This document shows, piece after piece, positions 9,665-20,191 of a stretch of 64,000 bases of DNA. The DNA lies in contig JBBQFN010000004.1 of the NCBI GenBank assembly GCA_038321985.1, forward strand, positions 256,001 to 320,000, in the 5' to 3' direction. A program made the translations under genes and the position numbers. How positions within the stretch are numbered: the stretch's first letter is position 1; the number at the start of each line of letters is the position of its first letter. Source of the DNA: Cyanophyceae cyanobacterium. GTDB lineage: Bacteria > Cyanobacteriota > Cyanobacteriia > Cyanobacteriales > Laspinemataceae. The notes beneath the pieces are model-generated. The model was not told the origin of the DNA, searched no databases, and worked only from the letters and a program-made list of their open reading frames with translations.

Positions 9665-12022
9665 TTAGAGTAAGAATCGTAACTGGCGATCGCTGCCATC
9701 ATCCATAAAGCGTTGTTCCCCTACCCCAATCACCTCAATTACAACTTCTCGGTTTGCCGGAGTCCAACTCCCTGATCGCGCAGAGATATTTAGCACGAGT
9801 TCTCGTTCAGACTGCTGTAAAGTATAGGTAGTAACCCCCCGACTTCCGCTTTCATAGTCAAAACTGTACCCATCATCTTCGTACAGCAAGAAGGTTTTAT
9901 GCAGTGTTTCCAAACCTGTCACCGGCCAGACTCGAACCGTGAGGCAGTCGAGGGGCTGTTCGTCAGTGTACTGCATCACCGGGCCCATGGGCACAACTGC
10001 CCCTGCGGGAACAAACATCGGCATCCGTTCCAAGGGTGCATCTACCAAAATATACCCGGGTCCTTGGTGTTGTTCTCCAGTCCACCAATCATACCAAACC
10101 CCCGAAGGGAAGTAAACTGCACGGCACTGGACGCCGGGACGATACACCGGGGCTGCCATTAAAGAAGCACCCAGCATCACCTGGTCCTGAATATGATAAG
10201 TTTGGGAATCGTTGGGGAAATTATACAGTAAAGGTCGTAAAATTGGTGCTCCTGTGGTTGCGGCTTCCCAGAATAAGCTATACAAATAAGGAAGCAACTG
10301 ATAGCGTAATTCGATGTATTCCCGACAAATTCGTTCGACGCGATCGCCAAATACCCACGGTTCGTGACGGGCGGTAGTGAAGGCTGAATGCGCCCGCATC
10401 AAGGGATAAAGCATTCCCACCTGCATCCAGCGGGCAAACAATTCGGCGGTCGCATTTCCCGCAAATCCGCCGATATCACAGCCGACGAAACCTACCCCCG
10501 ATAATCCCATGTTACATAGCATCGGGAGAGACATTTCCAAATGTTCCCATAAGGATTGATTGTCCCCCATCCACACTGAGGACCAGCGTTGAATTCCAGC
10601 AAACCCCGATCTCGTCAGCACAAACGATCGCTGATTCGGTCGGTGTCGCCGCAACCCTTGATAACAGGACTGCGCCATCATCTGACCATACAGATTATGC
10701 ACTTCTAAATGGGTGGCGCGGTCCTCCTGCGGTCCTTGCAACCCATCTAAGGGAAACCAAATTTTATGGCCGTTATCTCCAAAGGGACGGTCTTCGATCG
10801 CTGGTTCATTCATATCATTCCAAATCCCAGCAATCCCGATATCGGTGAGGGTTTTGTGCCAGTCTCCCCACCATTGTCTAACATCCGGATTCAGGAAATC
10901 GGGAAACACTGCTTTATCCGGCCAGACGTACCCGTGAAAGATTGACCCATCGGGGTTGCGAACAAAATAATCCCGAGTTCGGCCTTCGTCGAATACAGGG
11001 TAATCTCCCTCCGGTTCGTATTTCACCCCCGGATCGATAATTGTCACAGTTTTGAACCCATCCTGGCGTAAATCAGCAATCAGTTGAGCCGGGTCCGGGA
11101 AGCGTTTCGGACTCCAGGTAAAGACGCGATACCCGCGCATATAGTCGATATCCAGATGAATAACATCGCAGGGAATCCGGCGATCGCGAAAGGTTCGAGC
11201 CAACTCCCGCACTTCGGTTTCCGATTCATAACTCCAGCGGCATTGGTGATAGCCTAGCGCCCACTTGGGCGGCATCGGCATCCGCCCCGTAAGCTGTGTA
11301 TAAGTGGCGAGAATATTGGCCGGTTCGGGACCATAAATGATATAATAGTCTAGCTCACCGCCTCGGGTTTCCATACTCCAGACCCCGGGCTGGGATGCGC
11401 CTAAATCAAATTGACTCCAAAATGTGGTATTAAAAAAGATGCCATATCCAAGGCCAGGACGCAAGGCCATAAAAAAGGGAATGGCATGATACATTTCATC
11501 GGTGAGGATGTCATAATCCAGGGCATCAGTGGTCCAGTTGGTACAAACTTGCGATCGCTTGTCTAACAGTCCCGTGCGTTCCCCAAACCCGTAGAAATGT
11601 TCATCAGATTCGATTTGTTTCCAGTTGGCAACCCCACCTTGCCGCCAGCTTATTCCCGGTTCGATATCTTGGGCAAAGGGTTGGTTATTGGAGTCGAAAC
11701 AGCCCAGGCGACAGGGATTGTGAGCGATCGCTACGCGCATTTGACCGGTCGTTATTTCTGTCGAATCAGGATGGTGTTGCACCGTAAACTCCACCGGACG
11801 CCAGTCCTCTTCCTGAGTTACCGCCCACGATCTCGATGGTAGAAATGCACCAGTTTGGGACATTCTCACCCGGATCAGATTCGGAGCAAGTACGTTAATT
11901 ACCAGGGTTTGACTCCCACAATGGAAGTAAATGTCGCGATCCACTTCTTCCACTGATTGCACGGAGGAAAGAGGGGTCCAAGGCTGTTCTGTCGTGGGAA
12001 GTTTTCCAAAATATTGTGGCAT
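9665..12022 (-). CDS. Glycoside hydrolase family 31 (alpha-glucosidase)
   Basis: WNDMNEP nucleophile motif, HLDIDYM, GCDIGGF, HNLYG. Confidence 0.95.
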   Translation of the reverse strand: MPQYFGKLPTTEQPWTPLSSVQSVEEVDRDIYFHCGSQTLVINVLAPNLIRVRMSQTGAFLPSRSWAVTQEEDWRPVEFTVQHHPDSTEITTGQMRVAIAHNPCRLGCFDSNNQPFAQDIEPGISWRQGGVANWKQIESDEHFYGFGERTGLLDKRSQVCTNWTTDALDYDILTDEMYHAIPFFMALRPGLGYGIFFNTTFWSQFDLGASQPGVWSMETRGGELDYYIIYGPEPANILATYTQLTGRMPMPPKWALGYHQCRWSYESETEVRELARTFRDRRIPCDVIHLDIDYMRGYRVFTWSPKRFPDPAQLIADLRQDGFKTVTIIDPGVKYEPEGDYPVFDEGRTRDYFVRNPDGSIFHGYVWPDKAVFPDFLNPDVRQWWGDWHKTLTDIGIAGIWNDMNEPAIEDRPFGDNGHKIWFPLDGLQGPQEDRATHLEVHNLYGQMMAQSCYQGLRRHRPNQRSFVLTRSGFAGIQRWSSVWMGDNQSLWEHLEMSLPMLCNMGLSGVGFVGCDIGGFAGNATAELFARWMQVGMLYPLMRAHSAFTTARHEPWVFGDRVERICREYIELRYQLLPYLYSLFWEAATTGAPILRPLLYNFPNDSQTYHIQDQVMLGASLMAAPVYRPGVQCRAVYFPSGVWYDWWTGEQHQGPGYILVDAPLERMPMFVPAGAVVPMGPVMQYTDEQPLDCLTVRVWPVTGLETLHKTFLLYEDDGYSFDYESGSRGVTTYTLQQSERELVLNISARSGSWTPANREVVIEVIGVGEQRFMDDGSDRQLRFLL

Positions 12023-12398
12023 ATTAATTCAAATTAGAATCCCAATAAATTATCACGCCCTAAGGCATCCTTCTATTCTAGGAAATTTTTTAAAGCCTGT
12101 TTTCCTAAACCCAGATCCGTTTAAACTTAGAAGTTTTTATCACCAAATGCCGAAAAATTTCACCGGGCTCAATGCCCAGTTTTGATTCTTTCTCCCTAGG
12201 ATACCTAATTGGATAGAGGGTAAAGTTACTCTATAGATAGAGGCGATTGGCCCAGTATTCTTCTTATTATAGAGCTGAATAACAGACGAAAGAGTATCTG
12301 GGCTGACCCCCCAAACTAGAAGGGGCCGATAAATATAATAAAGCGTGTCCTTGGTTCCATAAAGGGGTCATTCCGTAAAATAGTGAGGAAAGAAGATT

Positions 12399-13292
12399 AT
12401 GATTATTAACCGAATAAAAAGAAATGTTCGCAGCAGCGCCATCCTGTTGGGACTGTTTGCTCTCTTGTTACCCGCTTGTCAGCAAGAAAACCAAGCTTAT
12501 AATGATATCCCCGAGGAACCCGTTGTTACGGAGACCCGAGAGCCGGTGGTTACGGGACAAGAACCCCTGGCAACTGAGTCCCCAGCACCTGTAATGACGC
12601 CGAGATCTACGGCAATGGGGGGAGAACAGCAGTCTGTAACCGCTGAAGATATTGCCTCCAATGCCGAAAACTTTGTGGGTCAAACCGTGACCTTGCGGGG
12701 AGATGTGAAAGAAATTGGTACCTCTGCTACGACCTTTTTAATGGATGATGAGGGCTTTTTAACCGGAGAGGGAATTTTAGTTGTCAATTCCAGTGGCGAG
12801 CCCTTTGCCATTCCTAATGCCGATGAGATGCAGGTCCAAGTAACGGGAGAAGTGCGTCAATTCCGCCGGGAGGAGATCAATACCGCGTACGGATTTAACT
12901 TAGATCCAGAGTTATATAGCGAGTATGAGAATCAACCGGCGATCGTTGCGGAATCCCTGGCATTGTCTCCCACCCCGGAGCAAGTTTCTGAGAATCCCGA
13001 CCTCTTCTACAATCGCCCTATTGCGATCGAGGGCCAATTTAATGAGCAGTTAGCTCCTAATGCTTTTAGTTTCAATAATGACGAAATACTCGTGCTCAAC
13101 GCCGATGAACTGGAAATCCTCCCCGAAAATCAAGACCTTGTAGTCACGGGTGAAGTACGTCCCTTTGATTTGGCTGCCTTGCAAAGTGAGTATAATTTGA
13201 ACTGGGACGCCGAGTTGCAACAACGGATGCAAGATCAGTATAGCAACAGTCTAGTGTTAGTTGCTGATGGAATCTACGTCAACGCCGAATAA
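12399..13292 (+). CDS. Hypothetical lipoprotein with an internally duplicated domain
   Basis: Lipobox LPAC; two copies of a VTGEVRxF...Y motif. Confidence 0.75.
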   Translation: MIINRIKRNVRSSAILLGLFALLLPACQQENQAYNDIPEEPVVTETREPVVTGQEPLATESPAPVMTPRSTAMGGEQQSVTAEDIASNAENFVGQTVTLRGDVKEIGTSATTFLMDDEGFLTGEGILVVNSSGEPFAIPNADEMQVQVTGEVRQFRREEINTAYGFNLDPELYSEYENQPAIVAESLALSPTPEQVSENPDLFYNRPIAIEGQFNEQLAPNAFSFNNDEILVLNADELEILPENQDLVVTGEVRPFDLAALQSEYNLNWDAELQQRMQDQYSNSLVLVADGIYVNAE

Positions 13293-13354
13293 GGCATCCC
13301 TTGGGGGAACTCCCTGTCAATCCTAAACCCGCTGGGTGCGCTCAACTTACGTCA

Positions 13355-13396
13355 ATAAATAGACCTCTTGCATAAGTATGCAAGAGGTCTATTTAT
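13355..13396. repeat. Perfect 20-bp inverted repeat with 2-nt loop (abutted IS/MITE-type ends)
   Basis: ATAAATAGACCTCTTGCATA-AG-TATGCAAGAGGTCTATTTAT. Confidence 0.75.
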
Positions 13397-13895
13397 ACGA
13401 TACAGCGACCCTTACAAGTCCGTTGGAAGAGCTTGCTCCCTAATGCGCCATGAGAGCAAGATCCTCCAGCGGATTAATTTGAGAGTTAGAAGAATTTACA
13501 GGCCCTATACTATAGGTATTTTCAATCCTTATACCTCTTGCTTTCAGGCGATGATCGATCCCCCAACCCCCCTTTTCAACGCCGATCAACTGGAGAGAAT
13601 TCTGCAATTCGTTTATTATTACTCCCTCAAAACCCCCCTTAATAAGTGGCATCGTTTCCAGGACAGGGTTACCTTACATCAGACAACTCTAACCAGATGG
13701 GGAGCTTAAGATATTTAGGCAAGAGGGTTATTATCTAAATAAATATGCCACTCTTTCTTAATAGGTTAAGCTAAATTTAGCCTAACTCTGGAGATAGATC
13801 TAGGAAATTTACGGATTAAGCCAATGGAGAGAACGCAGAACCCGTGTGATCGCTTAGAGTAAATATACACTTTAAATCCCTAAGAGATTGACCCC

Positions 13896-14639
13896 ATGCT
13901 TGAAGAAAAAGGACTGCACGATCGCGCCATTAATGCGGCGGCAAAACTAGCTATTTCTAGTCAATTAAATGAGTTTCAAGAACTTGATGTTTTGGTTCAT
14001 TCTGACCCGGGAAAATTGATGACAGGTGAATTAGAATCTGTGCAAATTTCAGGGGAAGGTATAGTGATGAAACAAGAGTTACGGATGGAAAAACTGGATA
14101 TAAAAACCAGCAAAATATCCGTCAATCCTCTCTTAGCAGCCATCGGAAATATTCAATTACAAGAAACTGCTCAAGCTCAGGTTTCCGTGGTTTTAAATGA
14201 ACAGGATATTAACGGGGCTTTTGATTCAGCTTATATTCAAGAAAAACTAGATAGCTTCGCTATTAAAGTTGATGGACAATCCCTTACGGTAGAAGCTCAA
14301 AAGGTCAATTTTAGCCTTCCTGGGGAGGGTAAGGTTCAACTGAATGTAGAAGTATTATTACGAGAAACTGGAGAAATTCGCCAAGTTCAATTTACGGCTA
14401 TCCCCGAAGTCCAAGGGGATGGAACCGGGGTACGTTTAGAGCAAGTTGAGTACCTGGATGGGAATGAACTTTCCCCAGAAATGACAGCAGCCTTGTTAGA
14501 AAAAGCAGAATTTCTACTTAATATTTCTAATTTTGAGCTATCCTCGGGAATGTCGGTTCGTTTGCGAGGATTAAAGGTGGACGTGGGCCAAATTTATTTA
14601 GATGCTCAAGCTATTATTGAGGAAATTCCTAGGGCTTAA
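13896..14639 (+). CDS. DUF2993 (LmeA-like) family protein
   Basis: Cyanobacterial pattern DPGKLMTGELESVQISGEG...LNEQDINGAF. Confidence 0.75.
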   Translation: MLEEKGLHDRAINAAAKLAISSQLNEFQELDVLVHSDPGKLMTGELESVQISGEGIVMKQELRMEKLDIKTSKISVNPLLAAIGNIQLQETAQAQVSVVLNEQDINGAFDSAYIQEKLDSFAIKVDGQSLTVEAQKVNFSLPGEGKVQLNVEVLLRETGEIRQVQFTAIPEVQGDGTGVRLEQVEYLDGNELSPEMTAALLEKAEFLLNISNFELSSGMSVRLRGLKVDVGQIYLDAQAIIEEIPRA

Positions 14640-14688
14640 AATAATTTTTGATAACCGAGAAGTTGGGGGAGCCTATCGCTTTAGTGAT

Positions 14689-14722
14689 GACGAGTAGGGA
14701 ACCTCATGTCTCCCTACTCGTC
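14689..14722. terminator. 12-bp inverted repeat between convergent genes
   Basis: GACGAGTAGGGA ... TCCCTACTCGTC; terminator or GTAG-type REP. Confidence 0.5.
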
Positions 14723-14762
14723 CATTTTAGGGTCGGAATTGATTTAGCTGAACCGATAGAAA

Positions 14763-16997
14763 TTACGGCATTTGAATTGGAATCAACTGTTCTTCCGTTA
14801 CCCCTTCTTGGAATCGGCCTCCGTTAGATAAGACCATCATTAAATGTAAAGTCCAATCCGGATCCATCGGTAAATCTGCCCAGGGAATGGCAATTTCTAG
14901 GCATTTATCTAAGGCCACTAAAGCACGACCTTTCCGGGGATGCCACTGATGATGATCTCTTGCTTCCTGGAACCGAACCGACTGACTCACCAAGTTGATG
15001 GCGAGATGGTGATGGAATAGGTAGTTAAAAGGTTCGCGGTCCGGGGGTTGTGCGAGGGGCATCGGACTGATATTCATCGGATGACCGGGGTAGTACCAGA
15101 ATAAGTTCAGTTCCGGTGGGCAATCTTTGCCGATTTCTGTCCCGCTTTTAAAATCAATTCGCAGATAAAAATGCAGGTGATCCACGCCATACCAGACGCG
15201 TTGAATCGCGCTGCTACGGTGCATAGTCCCCCTTGCACCGCCGATTTCGAGGCGTCCGGCTTTGTCCCAGTCTTGTTCATCTGGGATGCCATCAATAATC
15301 GGATGGATGAAGCTTTGCGGACGCCGATCGCCCTCTCGTTCGTGGTTTTCCACGGGACGTAATACATCCTCGGGAACTGGCTCATTTAAGGCTTGATAGA
15401 TTGCGGCTATATGTTCTCGGAACAACTGATCGAACATGGCATCTTGATTAGAGGAATGACCTTCTCCAAACCACCAGAACCAGTCAGAACCCTCGGCAGC
15501 ATACAAGGCTTCCCACGCCTCCGGGTTGCTTTCTTCCGTGGCTTCAGGATGTTGTGCCAGCATTTGCCGTGCCGGTTCTAACAAATCCCAGGCTTTATTT
15601 TTGGCCGGATCTCCGATCCAGGTAGTGAGACTACCATCCACCCAAGATCCACTATGGAGATGATCACTGGGTAGGGTAACAGTGGGAGGGAACTTCTGAA
15701 TAAACTCCGCCACGGTGACTAACTCAATTTCGCCATGATGACTGAGTTTTTCGTAGAGGGAATTTAAGAACGGTTCGCCATCGCGGTTATAAAATTCCCA
15801 GCAGTTTTCCCCATCGAGGGCGATCGTCACTAACCAGGGCTGTTCTAACCCGCTTTCGGGGCCTTGTGCTTGTCGGTGTTTCAGGGAATGACCGATCGCC
15901 TCTAAATGACCGACCAAATCCGCTGCCGCCTTCCAGGGTTCCATCGCACTATAGGTAAAGCCAATCAAATCTGATAAACGGTGATCCCGGAATACAATCG
16001 ATAAATCGCCTTGAGGTGTTTCTAAACGATAGGGACGATACAAATATTCCGGTTCAAAGAGATTCCCCGCACCATCGCGATGGAAAAAGTGCTGTAACGT
16101 CCATCCTAATATGGCTTCGTCGGAACAAATCCATTTAAACCCTTGTTCGGCAATATAGGGTAAAATCTCGGGACTGACGGCCTGTTCTGACGGCCATAAC
16201 CCGCGAGGATTCTGACCAAACCGCTCTTGATACAGGGTCCAGGCTTTGCTCAGGTGGCGGGGAATATCTTCTGACCACTGGAAGCGATGCTGGGGTAATT
16301 CCATATTCGGAATCGCGACCCGACCGGCATTGGTATCGGCAAGTAAGGGTAAAATCGGGTGGGTATAGGGAGAGGTAATCACCTCCAATTGACCCGATTC
16401 TTGCATCTGACGGTGTTGGGGGATAATTCGACTAATAATTTCGCGCTGCTTGGAATAGATGCGCTGGCGATCGCTGAGGGTGAAATTCCGGCCTCGTTTC
16501 AACCATCCTTCAATATCGGGGTCATCCCAAAAGATGGGGTCGATCCAAGCGAGATTGTGCCATGCCAACAAATCCCCATACTCTCCGTCGCCCCAATTTT
16601 CCAAGCACCATCTATATCCCTTTTCCTGACGTTGACTGTACAATTCAGCGTAACGAGGATGGGGATCGATTAAGGTGCGATGGTTGCCATCAAAAAAATG
16701 CTCGACAATAAAATGCTTCTGTTCCAGGCTGAGCTGGTTTTCTGGAGTCAGCGCTGCGGTTAAGTAAGGATCAAACGCTGTTCCCTCGATATAGTCTTCA
16801 AGCTGTAAAATCAAGGACGGCACTAAGTTTACCGTTTGGCGGAGCTTAGGATACCGATTCAAGATCAGCACTAAATCTAAATAATCTTTCGTCCCGTGTA
16901 GACGTACCCAAGGCAGTCGATATTGCCCCCCAATTCGGCTTTTATAGAGGGGCTGATGCTGATGCCAAATAAAGGCAACATAGAGCGGGTGAGGCAT
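14763..16997 (-). CDS. Glycoside hydrolase family 57 (amylopullulanase-like)
   Basis: WHQHQP, GLWPSEQAVS, ALDGENCWE, AEGSDWFWW; likely start MPHPLY at 16997. Confidence 0.93.
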   Translation of the reverse strand: MPHPLYVAFIWHQHQPLYKSRIGGQYRLPWVRLHGTKDYLDLVLILNRYPKLRQTVNLVPSLILQLEDYIEGTAFDPYLTAALTPENQLSLEQKHFIVEHFFDGNHRTLIDPHPRYAELYSQRQEKGYRWCLENWGDGEYGDLLAWHNLAWIDPIFWDDPDIEGWLKRGRNFTLSDRQRIYSKQREIISRIIPQHRQMQESGQLEVITSPYTHPILPLLADTNAGRVAIPNMELPQHRFQWSEDIPRHLSKAWTLYQERFGQNPRGLWPSEQAVSPEILPYIAEQGFKWICSDEAILGWTLQHFFHRDGAGNLFEPEYLYRPYRLETPQGDLSIVFRDHRLSDLIGFTYSAMEPWKAAADLVGHLEAIGHSLKHRQAQGPESGLEQPWLVTIALDGENCWEFYNRDGEPFLNSLYEKLSHHGEIELVTVAEFIQKFPPTVTLPSDHLHSGSWVDGSLTTWIGDPAKNKAWDLLEPARQMLAQHPEATEESNPEAWEALYAAEGSDWFWWFGEGHSSNQDAMFDQLFREHIAAIYQALNEPVPEDVLRPVENHEREGDRRPQSFIHPIIDGIPDEQDWDKAGRLEIGGARGTMHRSSAIQRVWYGVDHLHFYLRIDFKSGTEIGKDCPPELNLFWYYPGHPMNISPMPLAQPPDREPFNYLFHHHLAINLVSQSVRFQEARDHHQWHPRKGRALVALDKCLEIAIPWADLPMDPDWTLHLMMVLSNGGRFQEGVTEEQLIPIQMP

Positions 16998-17123
16998 AGT
17001 AGGAATAAGTGACGAGTACAGGATATGGCGATCGCCAGTTAGAGTTGAGTGGTTCATCGCGCAGACCGCTCGCTTACCACAAACACTCGGACACCGACCG
17101 GCGATCGTCAATTCCTTTTGAAC

Positions 17124-17366
17124 TTACAGCACTTGTTCCACTTCAGCAATCTCAGGGATGGATTCGCGCAATTTGCGTTCGATCCCCATTCTTAGGGTCA
17201 TGGCGGAACTCGGGCAGGATCCACAAGCTCCTTGAAGCCGAAGTTTGACAATGGGTCCCTCAAGTTCTACTAACTCAACATTTCCTCCATCCGCCATCAG
17301 GTAGGGTCGCAGTTCATCTAATACAGTTTCGACATTTTCCGAAGTCAGTGCCAATGGTCCAGACAT
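17124..17366 (-). CDS. nfuA: NifU/NfuA-like Fe-S cluster scaffold
   Basis: [14 protein letters not shown] and GACGSCPSS CxxC motif. Confidence 0.92.
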   Translation of the reverse strand: MSGPLALTSENVETVLDELRPYLMADGGNVELVELEGPIVKLRLQGACGSCPSSAMTLRMGIERKLRESIPEIAEVEQVL

Positions 17367-17536
17367 AATTCTCTTGGTTTTAATCTTAGGGTGCTGTCCA
17401 AATTTTAGCCGATCGCCTCCGGAAAGCGGGGGAACCGTGGATTTGAACCACAGATTTCACAGATTTTCACGGAGTCTGGATGTTAACCATGGGGGCCGGG
17501 GAGGGGTGCAATCCCAGACCCCGGAGTTTTTGGGCT

Positions 17537-18187
17537 TTAAACCGTTGCCGGTTCTAAGAGTTTAATGCTGGAAAATTTAAACTCCGTGGTGGTTGCCTTA
17601 TCATTTTCCTTGGAGTGGATGACTTGATGGGTCATCAGGTAATAGTCTCCAAATTTCTCGTAGGTATCCTCAAAGTCCAGTTCCCGTGTTAACTCGTTAC
17701 TTTGAGCATTGCGGAATACGACATGATAGCGGGTGGCAACGTATCCGTCCCCAGTATCCAGGCTTTCGGCGGTATCAATGGTAAAAGCCATGCGGCCCAT
17801 TACCCGACTGACTTGGCAAATTTCAGTCCCTCGGATTTTGTAGTTAGACCCCATCGCATCTCCTTTGACGAGGATTTCTATGGCGTCGGTTTCGTCAGAT
17901 TCTCCCGCGCTAAAGCTATTTTTGCCGTGAGCATCCTCAAAGCTGCTGCGCTTGCGGTGAGTGACGATATCCCGTAATTGGGTATAAACGCTTTGTTGCA
18001 CCTCATCGTTGTCAATTCCGCTAACTTCTACACTCAGGTCGCCCTTAATATGAATCTGGCCGGTATAGGTTTCTTCTGCCTGTTTGACTTGGAGTTCGGC
18101 ATGATACCCGGGGAAGTGGGAGTCCCAGGTGTAACGGTTTTCGTAGGCGGCCCGAAATAAATCACGCGGATTTGCTTGTTCTGTCAT
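17537..18187 (-). CDS. DUF3386 family protein
   Basis: FRAAYENRYTWD N-terminal signature. Confidence 0.85.
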   Translation of the reverse strand: MTEQANPRDLFRAAYENRYTWDSHFPGYHAELQVKQAEETYTGQIHIKGDLSVEVSGIDNDEVQQSVYTQLRDIVTHRKRSSFEDAHGKNSFSAGESDETDAIEILVKGDAMGSNYKIRGTEICQVSRVMGRMAFTIDTAESLDTGDGYVATRYHVVFRNAQSNELTRELDFEDTYEKFGDYYLMTHQVIHSKENDKATTTEFKFSSIKLLEPATV

Positions 18188-18309
18188 GTTTGCCCTTAGT
18201 TTTTCAATGTTGACCTACTTTTAGGGTACAAGCTGTCTGGGTTCCTTGTGGAATCAAAGCCTTCTCAAGTCAATCGTCAGGCCAAAAGATGAATTGCCGC
18301 TACAAGAGT

Positions 18310-19689
18310 TTAGTCCCCAGATTGGCGTAATCCTCGCTCTTCCCCTACCGGAGTGAAATTGAGGTCTAGGGGTGGGATTATCTCCCCAGAGGATTTAGAA
18401 CTTAAGGAGGCAACCGCTAGGGGCACATTCACACTCACCATTGAACCGAGTCCTTCCCCCATACTATAAAAGTGAATCTCACCGCCCATTCCTTCTATAA
18501 TTTTTTTGGAAAGCGCTAGACCGAGGCCTGTACCGGGGTACGGTGTAGTATAGGCTTCATGAACTCTAAAAAAGGGTTCAAAGAGTCGCCCTTGATATTC
18601 TAGGGGAACTCCAATGCCCGTATCGGAAATGCGAATTTCTACCGAACTGGGACTGTCTTCCCCTGGGTTAGTCACTTTGTGAGCGACTGCTTCGGCCTCA
18701 ATGGTAATGCCACCTTTGTTAGTAAATTTAATCGCATTTCCCACCAGATTCAACATCACTTGCAGCAACTGTTTGTCATTTCCTTGTAAAAAAAGAGTCC
18801 GTGAATTAGATGGTTGAGTCATTTTAAAGGTTAACTGCTTGGCTTGAATCTGATTAAAGGCGCAGCGCTCGATATTTTTTAAAAGAGTATGTAAATTAAC
18901 GGGTCTGAAATTGAGTTCAATCAGGGGAATGGTTTTGGGCTTGTTGAAATCCAAAACGTCATTAATCATGTGGAGGAAGTGGAGAGCACTATGGTGAGCT
19001 TCATAAATAAATTCCCGTTGTTCTTCTGTATCATCAACCATATCATCGAGAATCAGTTGCAAAAATCCGATGATATGGTTGAGGGGAGTTCGGAATTCGT
19101 GAGAAATTTTGCCCAGAAAGTCATGTTTGAGGCGGGCGGCTTCTTGGGCTTGTTTTCGTGCTTCTTGAAGTTCTTGATAGAAGGTAGCCGAGGCGATCGC
19201 GCTTCCAGCTTGCTTGGCTACTTCTTGGACTAATTCAATTTCTGCCGGACTCCACTGGAACGAACAAGTCTCTCGACGAACCCTGGATTCACGAAACTGC
19301 TGATCCAAAACGATCGCCCCATTGGGTTGATCTTCATAAGCAGTTGGAACGATTAAGGTAGAGTAGCGTTCCCCATTTCCCGAGGGTAGAGTTCCATCAA
19401 CGAGGACGGGTTCAAGGGTGGCGATCGCCCTCCCAATTTCTGGACATTCCTCTAGTCTGATTTCCAAACTCAACCTCGAGGGTAATCCCGGTTGCTGATA
19501 CTCACCGACAACTTTTAAAGGTCGAGTTTCGTCCTGATAAGAATAAAAGATACAACGGCTCACCGCGAGTCCGCTACCCAAATCTCGGGCTGTTTGCTGC
19601 CAAATTTGCTCCCGATTTGACGTGCGATGGATACTTTTAGTAATTTGCAGCAGTAGCTGTTGCGCTTTCTTTGATTCTTTCTCAGACAT
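18310..19689 (-). CDS. GAF-domain sensor histidine kinase
   Basis: H-box SHEFRTPLN, N-box NLVGNAIKFT, G boxes DTGIG and GTGLGL. Confidence 0.93.
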   Translation of the reverse strand: MSEKESKKAQQLLLQITKSIHRTSNREQIWQQTARDLGSGLAVSRCIFYSYQDETRPLKVVGEYQQPGLPSRLSLEIRLEECPEIGRAIATLEPVLVDGTLPSGNGERYSTLIVPTAYEDQPNGAIVLDQQFRESRVRRETCSFQWSPAEIELVQEVAKQAGSAIASATFYQELQEARKQAQEAARLKHDFLGKISHEFRTPLNHIIGFLQLILDDMVDDTEEQREFIYEAHHSALHFLHMINDVLDFNKPKTIPLIELNFRPVNLHTLLKNIERCAFNQIQAKQLTFKMTQPSNSRTLFLQGNDKQLLQVMLNLVGNAIKFTNKGGITIEAEAVAHKVTNPGEDSPSSVEIRISDTGIGVPLEYQGRLFEPFFRVHEAYTTPYPGTGLGLALSKKIIEGMGGEIHFYSMGEGLGSMVSVNVPLAVASLSSKSSGEIIPPLDLNFTPVGEERGLRQSGD

Positions 19690-19832
19690 TGCACCCCTCC
19701 CTCAATCCGGCTCGACGCGCCGAAGGTTATATCATATTTCTGTTTTTTATTAAAACTATTTAGTATTGAGGTTAAACTCTTGGATTGGATTGTTCAGCCA
19801 ACCTCAAAAGAAAAAAGCACCGGAGAGTCATC

Positions 19833-19874
19833 ACCCTAGCTGACTACCCGAAAGTGTTATGTATCCTCGGATAC
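19833..19874 (-). promoter_or_regulatory. NtcA-activated type promoter
   Basis: Minus strand GTATCCGAGGATAC (19874-19861), exactly 22 nt, then TAGGGT (19838-19833), matching GTA-N8-TAC-N22-TAN3T. Confidence 0.65.
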
Positions 19875-20191
19875 GGGCAATTGTTGCACGATCGCTGTCT
19901 CCTTGACCAGTGTTTTGAGGGATCTTTATAAAATCTTTAGGAACGATAATTTAATAATTACCTTCTGTCAACCGAATAATTACGGAATTAGGTAGGTTTG
20001 AGGAGACTAGCCCCAAGAACGATCATGTAAAGCTATCGTGAAGCCCTCACCCTCGTTCCTGTATCTATCTGTGATCCCGCGCTCTCGAAATTAGTTCGTT
20101 GACCCAGGTAATTTTTAATCCAAAACCGCACCCATTACCCCCCTGATTTAGATTTGCCCTGACCTTTTAATTCCAAAATTAACGCCTTAAA

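Noticed and set aside
13368..13709. 113-aa (+) and 70-aa (-) ORFs in the repeat-rich spacer
   Set aside because: They run through repeat remnants and show no recognisable family or clear RBS.
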